From: Candidatus Bathyarchaeia archaeon
GTDB lineage: Archaea; Thermoproteota; Bathyarchaeia; Bathyarchaeales; DTEX01
Assembly (NCBI GenBank): GCA_038867895.1
Contig: JAWBXL010000004.1
Span: 3,117-67,116 of the forward strand
Direction: 5' to 3'
DNA length: 64,000 nucleotides
Part shown: one piece after another, positions 49,080 to 58,140 of the stretch
Numbering within the stretch: position 1 is the first letter of the stretch
Layout of the letters: each line of letters opens with the position of its first letter
Notes under the pieces: model-generated
What the model saw: the letters and a program-made list of their open reading frames with translations, nothing else
Told to the model about the DNA's origin: nothing
The model's database searches: none
Position numbers and translations under genes: made by a program

Positions 49080-50324
49080 ATGCTTGATCCACTTCTCTCA
49101 ATGCTGATATCTTTTTGTCTTTTGGGAGTTATGCTTTACAAAAGAGTGAAGCTTGGGATAGCGTTGATAGTAACACCTATAGTTTTAGCTTTATTAGCGC
49201 TTAATTGGTCTGATATTCCAGAATTGCTTTATGCCACAGTGGATCCATTTAAGCAGGATGGTCTTCTTGCTCTATTAGTTATCCTTGCAACCTTTAGTTC
49301 ATCTTGGTTTAGTTATCTCTACAAGGAGACGAGGGAAGTGGTGGTTTTTAGTGAGGGATTAAGCAATATTATTAGGAGGCCGAAACTCATATTATTTTTT
49401 CTTCCAGCCATAATAGGTCTCATTCCAGTTCCTGGAGGTGCTTTACTTTCAGCGCCAATAGTGGAATCTGAATCTAAAAATCTTGGTCTTAGCTCGGAGA
49501 AGATGGCTTACATTAACCTTTGGTTTAGACACACTATTTTCCCAATATACCCGCTGAGTCAGTCTCTTATAGTGGTGGCTGCTTTAACGGGTATTTCGCT
49601 ACTTACAATACTTTTGCTTCAGATACCAGTTATTGCGATGATGGTTGTGGTTGGATACTTAATAGGCTTAAAGGGCGCCTCTTCCCCAGAGAATAGGAAA
49701 TCAAGAGTTTCTGGAGTGTCTTCAAGGTCAGCGCCATTTATAGCCTTTCTACCCCTCCTGACAGCGATTCTCCTAGCGGTTATTTTAGGCGCCATAAACC
49801 ATAAATTGTTTCAGCAGGGTCTCAATGTTGTCATAGCGTCTTTTACTGGTTTAGTGCTCTTGGCCGCTATATCACATTCAGACTTTAAGATTTTTATAAA
49901 ACCTTTAACAAATTTATGGGTTTATGATGTAACATTCGCCACTTATGGCGCTTTTTTACTTCAAAATGTCATAAAAAGCATTAATATAATTGACTTATTT
50001 AAGTCTATGGTCTTAGAGAGGATGATAAGTGAAGCATGGTTATTGACGATTATTCCAGCATGCTTAGGTTTCTTCATGGGCTCTCCTATGGGAGCAGGAG
50101 CCATCGCTATATCAATTTTTTCCAGTCTCTCTATTTTTTCGCCAAAATCTGCAGCCCTCTTATATGCCAGCGCATACCTTGGATATATAGTTGCACCAAC
50201 CCACCTATGCCTTGTCTTCACAGTTGATTATTTTAAAAGCTCACTAGCTAAAGTCTATGAATATATAATTCCATCATTCATTACAGCCTATTTGACAGCT
50301 CTACTCCTATACTTCTTGCTTTAA
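49080..50324 (+). CDS. DUF401-like polytopic membrane protein
   Basis: More than 10 TM helices. The family assignment is recollection only. The track start is TTG 49074. Confidence 0.5.
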   Translation: MLDPLLSMLISFCLLGVMLYKRVKLGIALIVTPIVLALLALNWSDIPELLYATVDPFKQDGLLALLVILATFSSSWFSYLYKETREVVVFSEGLSNIIRRPKLILFFLPAIIGLIPVPGGALLSAPIVESESKNLGLSSEKMAYINLWFRHTIFPIYPLSQSLIVVAALTGISLLTILLLQIPVIAMMVVVGYLIGLKGASSPENRKSRVSGVSSRSAPFIAFLPLLTAILLAVILGAINHKLFQQGLNVVIASFTGLVLLAAISHSDFKIFIKPLTNLWVYDVTFATYGAFLLQNVIKSINIIDLFKSMVLERMISEAWLLTIIPACLGFFMGSPMGAGAIAISIFSSLSIFSPKSAALLYASAYLGYIVAPTHLCLVFTVDYFKSSLAKVYEYIIPSFITAYLTALLLYFLL

Positions 50325-50403
50325 GAATTTTAAGAAAAATCTCTAAATCATGTAATAAGTTAAAAAATTTAGTTGTTATAAACTTTGTTCTTCTCTCATC
50401 CAT

Positions 50404-51543
50404 TTATTTGTTTAGTCCTAGCTCGCGTAGGATCTCTTTGTTATGCTGCCCGATTTCTGGTGGCGGGGATCTAATTTCCAGTTTAAAGTCTGAGAACTTT
50501 AAAGGTATTCCAGGCATCTTTACCTTTTTACCTTTATATTCAACCTCAACTATCATGTTTCGGTGGAGTAGTTGCGGATGGTTTAGGAGATCAAGTGTCG
50601 TATTAACTGGGCCGCAAGCTATTCCAGCGTTGATGAGGGCGTTTTCAAGATCTTTTGTCTTCCACTCTTTAGTTAGCTTCTCAATTAATTGAGAAAGCTT
50701 TTCTCTATTTTTGGCTCTACTTTCTCTTGTAGAGAATAAAGGATCATTCACGAGATAATCCGCCTTTAAGATTTCACAGAATTTCTTCCAAGCGTCATCT
50801 TCATAGGCGGCTATAAATATATAACCATCCTTTGTCCTATAAACCTGATAAGGTGCCCCAATTGGCGCTGCTGAACCCATCCTCTCTCTAACCTTACCAG
50901 TTAGGGAGCTCCACGCTATCCAGTATCCAGCCCACATTGATGCAACATCTAACATGGATATATCTATGTATTGTCCTCTCCCAGTCTTTTCTCGGTAAAT
51001 AAGTGCCGCAAGTATCGCTAATGCCGCGTATGCTCCAGTTCCATAATCAACTATCGATGCTGGTATTCTTGATGGTAAACATGGCTCTGGGTCCCCAGTC
51101 ATCGACATGAGCCCAGATTCGGCTTCTATAACTGGATCCCAAGCAGGGCGTTGATAATATGGCCCGGTTTGTCCATAACCTGAAATTGAGCAGTAAATTA
51201 TTCTAGGATTAATTGCCTTAACACTTTCATAGTCTAATCCAAACTTCTTCATAGTTCCTGGAACAAAGTTTTCAACCAGAACATCAGCCCTCTTTACTAA
51301 CTCAAGAGCGACTTTCTTCCCCTCCTCAGTTCTGAGATCCAAGGATATTCCTCTTTTATTCCTATTGTTAACTATGTATGCTGTCTCCAGCATATCAACC
51401 CAGTACCTTGCCCGATCCCCCCTAGGCGGCTCAATTTTAATTACATCAGCGCCTAAGTCTGCTAGAAGAGCTGCGCAATGCGGTCCGGCGACCTCATGTG
51501 TAAAATCAAGAACTTTTATTCCTTCTAATGGCGCCCTAACCAC
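50404..51543 (-). CDS. family III CoA-transferase (CaiB/BaiF/BbsF-like)
   Basis: PLEGIKVLDFTHEVAGPHCAALLADLGADVIKIEPP is a typical N-terminus. The length is 379 aa. Confidence 0.85.
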   Translation of the reverse strand: MVRAPLEGIKVLDFTHEVAGPHCAALLADLGADVIKIEPPRGDRARYWVDMLETAYIVNNRNKRGISLDLRTEEGKKVALELVKRADVLVENFVPGTMKKFGLDYESVKAINPRIIYCSISGYGQTGPYYQRPAWDPVIEAESGLMSMTGDPEPCLPSRIPASIVDYGTGAYAALAILAALIYREKTGRGQYIDISMLDVASMWAGYWIAWSSLTGKVRERMGSAAPIGAPYQVYRTKDGYIFIAAYEDDAWKKFCEILKADYLVNDPLFSTRESRAKNREKLSQLIEKLTKEWKTKDLENALINAGIACGPVNTTLDLLNHPQLLHRNMIVEVEYKGKKVKMPGIPLKFSDFKLEIRSPPPEIGQHNKEILRELGLNK

Positions 51544-51794
51544 GATTTTTCCCTCCCTAATCTTTAATCTTTTTGAATGATCTCAGTAATAATGTTTTCG
51601 TTAGCATGATTTGAAAGCATTGTTATATCTATAAGATGAAAAGTCTAAAAAGTATAGTTCAATTTTCCTTGCTGAGAATTTTTCTTAAGCGTGTGCTCCC
51701 ATGAAACCTTTTATGCGAATCATATATAAGAGCATCGATCCTAAAAGATTATATCGAAGCTGCAACCATTATCTTGGTTAGAAAGGTGATCAAT

Positions 51795-52676
51795 ATGGTG
51801 GGCGAGAAAGAGAAAGAAAAGTTGATGGAAGCATATCTCCATGGCTTCTTAGACAAGGCTCTCTTAGGAACTCGCGAGGATGCTCTGAAGAAGCCCATGG
51901 TGAAAATATTCGGAAAGGAAGTTGAGATATATGATCTATCCCATCCAGTCAGCGAAAGGACGCCGACATGGCCGTATGGCGCTGCAGGCATCGAGACATC
52001 TAGGTTGCGTTCCCATGCGCATGATCGTGTCCTCGCCGTAAAACTCTCCCATACTATGCATATGGGAACACATATAGATGCGCCTTTACACGTGGAGGAG
52101 GGTTACCCATCCATTGACGAGATGCCCTTAGAGCGTTATATCGGGGATGGAGTAGTTGTATCGATTCCTAAGAAGGAATGGGAAATAATAACCCCCGAGG
52201 ACCTTGAGAAGGCTAAGCCGAAAATAGAAGAGAATGACATAGTTATCATTAACACCGGCTGGCACAATTATTACGGAGACTATACTAGATACTTCTGTTT
52301 CGGCCCAGGGCTCTATAAAGAGGCTGCCGAATGGTTCGTGAAGAAGAGAGTTAAGGGCGTTGGAGTTGACCTACAAGCCATGGATCACCCATTAGGTACC
52401 AGACTTGTCCAGACGGGTGGCGGAATGCCTCCTCTTGAGCCATGGCTAATAGATCTCTATAAGAAAGTGACTGGGAGAGATGTTTATCAAGACTTTCCAT
52501 ACTGGGAGCCATGCCACAGACTCTTATACACACATGGAATCTTTGGAATAGAAAACATCGGCGGTGACATAGACAAGGTTACTGGTAAGAGATGCGTCAT
52601 TGCAGCCTTCCCACTTAAGTGGGTTGGTGGAGACGGATCAATGGTTCGGGTAGTAGCAATAGTCGAGAAAAAATAA
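51795..52676 (+). CDS. cyclase-family metal-dependent hydrolase (kynurenine formamidase-like fold)
   Basis: HMGTHIDAPLH (HxGTHxDxPxH). ATG 51795 follows AAGGTGAT. The track start is TTG 51774. Confidence 0.75.
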   Translation: MVGEKEKEKLMEAYLHGFLDKALLGTREDALKKPMVKIFGKEVEIYDLSHPVSERTPTWPYGAAGIETSRLRSHAHDRVLAVKLSHTMHMGTHIDAPLHVEEGYPSIDEMPLERYIGDGVVVSIPKKEWEIITPEDLEKAKPKIEENDIVIINTGWHNYYGDYTRYFCFGPGLYKEAAEWFVKKRVKGVGVDLQAMDHPLGTRLVQTGGGMPPLEPWLIDLYKKVTGRDVYQDFPYWEPCHRLLYTHGIFGIENIGGDIDKVTGKRCVIAAFPLKWVGGDGSMVRVVAIVEKK

Positions 52677-52737
52677 GTGGAAAATATTCCTGATGCCCCT
52701 AACATTGATGGATAGAGGTTTTCTCTACAAGCTTTTT

Positions 52738-53532
52738 TTATTTTCCCTTCCAAACTGGTTTTCTTTTTTCTAAAAATGCCTTTGCCCCCTCTTTTTGATC
52801 TTCCGTGCTGAATAACTGTGCAAAGATTTGCGCCTCATACTTAAAACCCTCTGTTAAACTCACTTCTAGAGCTGCGTTTATTGCTTCTTTTGCCGCTGCC
52901 AAGGCTACGGGACTCTTCTCCTTAATTTTCGCGATGAATTCGTTAACAGCATCCATAAGCTTATCCGCTGGAACAACCTTGTTAACTAAGCCCATCTGCT
53001 CCATTTCTTTGGCAGGGATTCTTTCTCCAGTAAATATGAGCTCTTTAGCCTTCTTCTCGCCGATAAGCCTTGGCAATCTTTGGGTTCCACCACCCCCTGG
53101 GATTAAGCCGAGGTTTATTTCTGGTTGGCCGAAGACAGCATCTTCAGAAGCAATTATTATATCGCATGCCTGAGCTAGCTCGAAACCAGCGCCTAGGCAA
53201 TATCCATGGACTGCGGCTATCACTGGTTTCGGAGCGTTTTTAATTATCTCAGAGAGGACTAATGCTGTCCCAACTTCTCTCGCCATGTTTAGAATATCAA
53301 GTGGCTTCATTTCTGCCATGGCGCGTATGTCCCCTCCAGCGCTAAAGGCCTTTCCAGACCCCCTTATAACAATCGCTAAAACACCGCTATCTCTGCTTGC
53401 GTCTTCTAAAGCCTGCTTCAGCTCCCTGCGCGTCTTAGCGTCAAGAGCATTATAGCGCTCTGGATTATTAAGTGTAATCCAGGCAACTCCATCTTTCTTC
53501 TCATATATAATGCGGCTAAATGTTGCACTCAT
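52738..53532 (-). CDS. enoyl-CoA hydratase/isomerase (crotonase) family protein
   Basis: GKAFSAGGDI, GYCLGAGFELA and the GQPEINLGLIPGGGGTQRL oxyanion-hole motifs. Confidence 0.9.
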   Translation of the reverse strand: MSATFSRIIYEKKDGVAWITLNNPERYNALDAKTRRELKQALEDASRDSGVLAIVIRGSGKAFSAGGDIRAMAEMKPLDILNMAREVGTALVLSEIIKNAPKPVIAAVHGYCLGAGFELAQACDIIIASEDAVFGQPEINLGLIPGGGGTQRLPRLIGEKKAKELIFTGERIPAKEMEQMGLVNKVVPADKLMDAVNEFIAKIKEKSPVALAAAKEAINAALEVSLTEGFKYEAQIFAQLFSTEDQKEGAKAFLEKRKPVWKGK

Positions 53533-53673
53533 ATTCGCTCCCTCTCTTTAAATATTTTCAGAAGAAGATTTTTATTTATTATTTTAGTTTTGTTTTGACG
53601 TGATTTTTAAGTTAAGTAAAGTTTAAAAGTAATATGGTTCTTGTATAGAGAAAGGAGGAAGGGGAGATAGTAT

Positions 53674-54096
53674 ATGAAGAAAGAGGTCCCGATAATGGAA
53701 GGCATTTTCGAGTGGCCTTCGGAGAATCCGAGGTTAATAGCGACGAGATGCCCACTTTGTGGAAGTATACAGTTCCCTAAGTCGAGCGTTTGCAATAACC
53801 CCGACTGCGACCATAGTGCGCCTGTAGAACAATGCTACCTAAGTACTGAGGGAACATTATATACATATACTATTCACGCCTACAGTTTACGAGAACCATT
53901 CGAGTATCATAAAGGGCCATACATAGTCGGCGCAGTTGAGCTGCCAGAAGGGTTAATTGTGGTTGGGAGAATCAAGGCGGAGGACGAAAAAATGTTAAAG
54001 ATTGGGATGAAAATGAAGTTAAAAATAGATAAGCTCTATGAGGATAGTGAAAATATCTATTTAGGTTATTTTTTTGAGCCGGTGGTGGAAAAATGA
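53674..54096 (+). CDS. DUF35 zinc-ribbon/OB-fold protein (thiolase partner, BbsA-like)
   Basis: CPLCGSIQFP...CNNPDC zinc ribbon followed by an OB-like segment. Its stop overlaps the thiolase start by 4 nt. Confidence 0.8.
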   Translation: MKKEVPIMEGIFEWPSENPRLIATRCPLCGSIQFPKSSVCNNPDCDHSAPVEQCYLSTEGTLYTYTIHAYSLREPFEYHKGPYIVGAVELPEGLIVVGRIKAEDEKMLKIGMKMKLKIDKLYEDSENIYLGYFFEPVVEK

Positions 54097-55313
54097 CTGA
54101 GAGCGCGATAGTTAGTGCGGCTATAACGGAATGGGTTGAAGCTGGCCATCCGACTCCTCTGCTAATAGATAAGTTAGCCGAGGTTACTGTGAGATCTCTC
54201 AGAGAAGCAAATTTAAGACCGCGCGATCTAGATGCCATAATTACGAACACCACAGCGATACCATTTGATAGCCCATCCTATATAACGACAAGCGCGCAGC
54301 ATTTTGCCCATAGGCTTGCAGAGAGGATCGGTGCTAAGGGAGCCCAATGCATTAATGTTTGCGCTGCGTGTGCAAGCGCCTCAATAGCTTTCGCTCTTGC
54401 CGACTCGCTCATAAAGACTGGCGCGATAAAAACGGCGCTTGTGGCGGGCGTTGATAATTCTCCACGAGGCTTCTACCTGCCAGGCCAATCCGTTCTTGAT
54501 CCCGATCCATATGCGGCTGCTATAAAGGTTATTGGGGCGACTAATCCAGCTTATTGGGCTATGTGGGCTAGGAGACGGGCATATGAAATGGGCCGGCCAG
54601 TTGAAAGCATTAAAGAGCTTATGGCGTTGGTGAAAGAGATAAACAGCAAGTATGGCTCTCTGAATCCCTATGCAAGATACAAGAAAATTTTCACTGTTAA
54701 GGATGTTTTGGCATCGCCTGTCGTTTGTGATCCACTACACCTTTATATGATATGTGCAACAAGCTCTGGCGGAGGAGCTGTGGTAGTTACAGAGATGGAG
54801 AAGGCAAAAAAGATAACTGATAAACCAGTAAAGATAGCGGCTTCTACTGTGGGTGGACCGATTTATGGCGAGCCTATGCCAAGATTGAGGGTTTTTTCGA
54901 CGAAGAATATTGAGAAGCCCTTTACTGAGTGGCGTCTTCCCATCGAGAAAGCCTATAAAATGGCTGGTATAACTGCCGAGGACATAGACATTATAGAGTG
55001 CCATGATACAAGCTGTTTTCACACGATAAACTGGATAGATCAGATAATGGGCTGGGAGCGGGAGGAGACCGATAAGCTAATAAGAGATAGGCAGATCGAG
55101 CATACCGGTATGGTCCCAGTGAACCTAAGCGGTGGAACAGCTTCATTTGGAGAGGCTGTGATGAGTCAAGCCTTCATGATGATACATGAGCTATTCAGGC
55201 AATTGAGGGGAGAAGCTGGCGAGAGACAGGCGAAAAAGAACCTTAAAATCGCGATCTTTACAGCCTATGGAGCCTATGGAGCATACGGATGCGCAATACT
55301 TGAAAAAGTCTAG
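54093..55313 (+). CDS. thiolase-like protein, SCP-x/BbsB type
   Basis: INVCAACASAS (Cys nucleophile), ECHDTSCF and GGTASFGEAV. It is coupled to DUF35. Confidence 0.8.
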   Translation: MTESAIVSAAITEWVEAGHPTPLLIDKLAEVTVRSLREANLRPRDLDAIITNTTAIPFDSPSYITTSAQHFAHRLAERIGAKGAQCINVCAACASASIAFALADSLIKTGAIKTALVAGVDNSPRGFYLPGQSVLDPDPYAAAIKVIGATNPAYWAMWARRRAYEMGRPVESIKELMALVKEINSKYGSLNPYARYKKIFTVKDVLASPVVCDPLHLYMICATSSGGGAVVVTEMEKAKKITDKPVKIAASTVGGPIYGEPMPRLRVFSTKNIEKPFTEWRLPIEKAYKMAGITAEDIDIIECHDTSCFHTINWIDQIMGWEREETDKLIRDRQIEHTGMVPVNLSGGTASFGEAVMSQAFMMIHELFRQLRGEAGERQAKKNLKIAIFTAYGAYGAYGCAILEKV

Positions 55314-55370
55314 TCTACTTTTACGAATAATCTCTCCTCTGTTATTTTTAATTTAATTGTCTCTATATTT

Positions 55371-56459
55371 TTAGATCTGCTCCATTAATATTTTCGCGAT
55401 TAAGTTGTTTATTTCGCCGCTTTTTATATCCTCGGATGAATCTCGTGTTCCCAATAATAGGTCTAGAACATGTTTAGTCTGGATATTTGGTTGTGTGTTC
55501 CAGAAGATCTGCGCGCAGGTATAGCAATAGACCACCATTAAATCCGCGCCAGTTGATGAGAACTCCTCCGTTCTCGCTGATGAAAGTTTTAATGTGAGAT
55601 TTGGGTCAGCTATAGAGGCCATGCCGCCAGCACCGCAGCATAAAGACTTTTCCCTAGAATGTTTCATCTCTATGATTTTGCAGTCTTTAAGTAGGCTTCT
55701 AACCTGTGTGGCTAAGATGCCCTCAAATCTATCTGGGCAGCTATCATGAATAGTTACTTTCAGGCCTAAATAATTTGTTTCTTTAATAAGGGTTTCGCCT
55801 AAGGTCTCATATACAGTTAAAATTCTATATGATTTTGGAAGAGAGTTTTTAAGATGATAGTAGCACATGGGGCATGCAACTATTATATTTCTACACCCGT
55901 GTTTTATAAAGTGATTTTCTAGGTTCAGGAGCCATCTTGAAGCTCTTTCGGTTAAGCCTATATCTGCTAATGGTTTACCGCAACATGTGTCGGTAAACCC
56001 CATACTGCAAAATTTCTCTCTAAGTCTCTGGTATACTTCCTTAACAGCTTCTGGAGAGTAAGAGGACATGGAGCATCCTGGAAAGAAAATGTATTCAAAA
56101 GAATCATTTTCTGGGAAACTATATGTTATTCCCTTATAGGTCTTGTAGGCTCTGGGAAAGAAGAGGGGATCATCTGGTAGAGAAAATCTATAATATATTT
56201 CGTTGGCCACGTATTTTGAGAAGGATCGTCTAGCGTGGGCGATTATCGAAGGAAAATCCAGGGTTTTTGGGCAAACAATTTTACATAGACCGCATAAAAG
56301 GCACTCCATTACATACCTTTTATTTTGGTCAATGCCGTTAAGGAGGTCCTTAGCGATATTCTTTGGCATCCAATTATATTTTGATAGAAAGGGGCAGTCT
56401 TCAACGCATAACTGGCATTCTATACACTCATCAAGAATAAGTTTGAGAGACTCATTCAT
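55371..56459 (-). CDS. Fe-S oxidoreductase with two ferredoxin-type 4Fe-4S motifs and two CCG domains (HdrD/GlpC/LutA-like)
   Basis: CIECQLCVEDCP and CLLCGLCKIVCP, then DTCCGKP and SLCCGAGG (CCG motifs). Confidence 0.8.
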   Translation of the reverse strand: MNESLKLILDECIECQLCVEDCPFLSKYNWMPKNIAKDLLNGIDQNKRYVMECLLCGLCKIVCPKTLDFPSIIAHARRSFSKYVANEIYYRFSLPDDPLFFPRAYKTYKGITYSFPENDSFEYIFFPGCSMSSYSPEAVKEVYQRLREKFCSMGFTDTCCGKPLADIGLTERASRWLLNLENHFIKHGCRNIIVACPMCYYHLKNSLPKSYRILTVYETLGETLIKETNYLGLKVTIHDSCPDRFEGILATQVRSLLKDCKIIEMKHSREKSLCCGAGGMASIADPNLTLKLSSARTEEFSSTGADLMVVYCYTCAQIFWNTQPNIQTKHVLDLLLGTRDSSEDIKSGEINNLIAKILMEQI

Positions 56460-56489
56460 TGATTATTCCTCCAAATAGATGTTTTTATT

Positions 56490-57689
56490 TCAAACATAAG
56501 TTATCATTCTTCCTCTTTCTGTTTGTCTTATAGCTATAGGCGGTTTAATCGATGTGATCTTATCTATCATCCGTCTTATCCTTTCAATATATTTTTTCTC
56601 AAGATCTAGATCAGTTTTAACAACTTTTTTTGCAACCTCCCCGCAATAGTTGCAATCGCCACAGCCGATTATGCATGGCGGGTTATTTTTCACGAAGAAT
56701 TCATACCATCCGTCGAGCGATCGATTATCAATTGAAATTTTCAGTAGAGGTAAAGGTTCAGCGTCTAGGTCAAACATGTCCCAGCAAAAATGCATGTAAG
56801 AATTATCAATGAGGGCATATATATCGCCATCATATCTCCCGGCAAGATAGGCTTCAATAAGTCTTAATAGATCATCTGCCGGCAGCCCTCGCCCGGCTAT
56901 CTTAATATAATCTATCCCTAATTGAGCATAATATTTAATATCCTCTGGCCTAATCCAAGGCGCCTTCATGATCTCCTTATGATCACTCAATCTCTTAAGA
57001 GTGCATCTCATGAATGGATATGGCTTATATGTAAATCCTATTGGATCATCTATTGGGCATTGAGAGACATGAGCCGTTATAGTGTTATGGTAAGTTCTAA
57101 ATGGACATTTTAGCAGGCAGCCATTATTGGCTATAACTTCCAGTTTAGCTCTACACTTCTCTCTTATTATTCTTAGCACTCTAAAGGACTTGTTGAGATC
57201 TTCGCTCAGCGTGAGTCTCGTAGCTCCTAAACTCTCATATGTCAACGCCCGATTCAAAGAATCTATATAGCATAGGGATGAAGCATTAACTTCGAACTGC
57301 GGGAAATTCTTCACCACATACTCAATAAGGTATGGTATGGCAATAATAAGTGTATCAACCTTAAACTCCAAAAGTTTCCTTAAAAGATCATTTAAGGCCA
57401 CCCTCCCCTCCTCCGTATACTCGGCGAGGCCCATGCATACTGGATTTAACGTGTAGGCGAACCTAATCCCGTAAGCATGAGCCTTCCCTATATGCCGGGC
57501 AAGCCTATCTTCACTTATATCTGGGAGAATAGTTGCTGGCCAACCAGTACCAAAAATAGAGAACTTAAATGAGCCATAAACCTCGTAAACGTAAGATCCT
57601 AAATCACGATATTTCTCATTCAAATTACCTATCCTTTCTAAAAAGGAGTCCTCAAAAGTTGTGGGAACGCAGAGCCTAATAATGGTCAT
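56490..57689 (-). CDS. divergent U32-family (UbiU/UbiV/collagenase-like) TIM-barrel protein with C-terminal Cys cluster
   Basis: VDTLIIAIPYLIEYV..FEVNASSLCYIDSLNRALTYESLGATRLTLSEDLN...LEVIANNGCLLKCPF follows the U32 core pattern loosely. C-terminal CIIGCGDCNYCG. A 30-nt gap separates it from the CCG protein gene. Confidence 0.5.
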   Translation of the reverse strand: MTIIRLCVPTTFEDSFLERIGNLNEKYRDLGSYVYEVYGSFKFSIFGTGWPATILPDISEDRLARHIGKAHAYGIRFAYTLNPVCMGLAEYTEEGRVALNDLLRKLLEFKVDTLIIAIPYLIEYVVKNFPQFEVNASSLCYIDSLNRALTYESLGATRLTLSEDLNKSFRVLRIIREKCRAKLEVIANNGCLLKCPFRTYHNTITAHVSQCPIDDPIGFTYKPYPFMRCTLKRLSDHKEIMKAPWIRPEDIKYYAQLGIDYIKIAGRGLPADDLLRLIEAYLAGRYDGDIYALIDNSYMHFCWDMFDLDAEPLPLLKISIDNRSLDGWYEFFVKNNPPCIIGCGDCNYCGEVAKKVVKTDLDLEKKYIERIRRMIDKITSIKPPIAIRQTERGRMITYV

Positions 57690-57864
57690 CTTTAAACACC
57701 AATATGAATATGAGCGCTCTTAGATTTTAGCGTTCTGAAGCATATTTGAGAGTCTTAAAGAATTGGGTGAAATCCTTTCCTCGTAACTAGGAATTTGGCT
57801 TATTCTCAGAAAGGTTTAAATTTATTAATTGCTATTTTAGGTAAGTTTAGGTTTAGGAGGATTC

Positions 57865-58140
57865 ATGATGATATTTCTGCCGCGGGCCTCTTTACCCCCG
57901 AAGCTTCAGATAATTGTTAGAAAGGTTGGGGAAAAAGACTATGAAATAACAACTGAACCTAAGCTGGAGCCAATGGTTTTCGCCACATTTGTTGTAACAT
58001 TTAAGCAGTGTGCGAAAAATTGCGTAGTTAAGCTCTCTGGCGGCAAACTTAATCTTTCTGGTGAAGCCCCTGACTTTAAAACAATACTTGATTGTATAAG
58101 TAGCCAGTCCCCAATACCAGTTGAACTTCAAATGGTTTAG
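57865..58140 (+). CDS. small protein of unknown function (91 aa)
   Basis: TAGGAGGA lies 4-5 nt upstream of the ATG. It is convergent with the radical SAM gene and overlaps its stop by 4 nt. The antisense ORF 57892-58131 is considered a shadow. Confidence 0.4.
   Translation: MMIFLPRASLPPKLQIIVRKVGEKDYEITTEPKLEPMVFATFVVTFKQCAKNCVVKLSGGKLNLSGEAPDFKTILDCISSQSPIPVELQMV

Noticed and set aside
57892-58131. 79-aa minus-strand ORF between the U32-like and radical SAM genes
   Set aside because: The overlapping plus-strand ORF 57865-58140 has a near-perfect SD (TAGGAGGA) and is preferred. Neither has recognisable domains, so confidence remains low.
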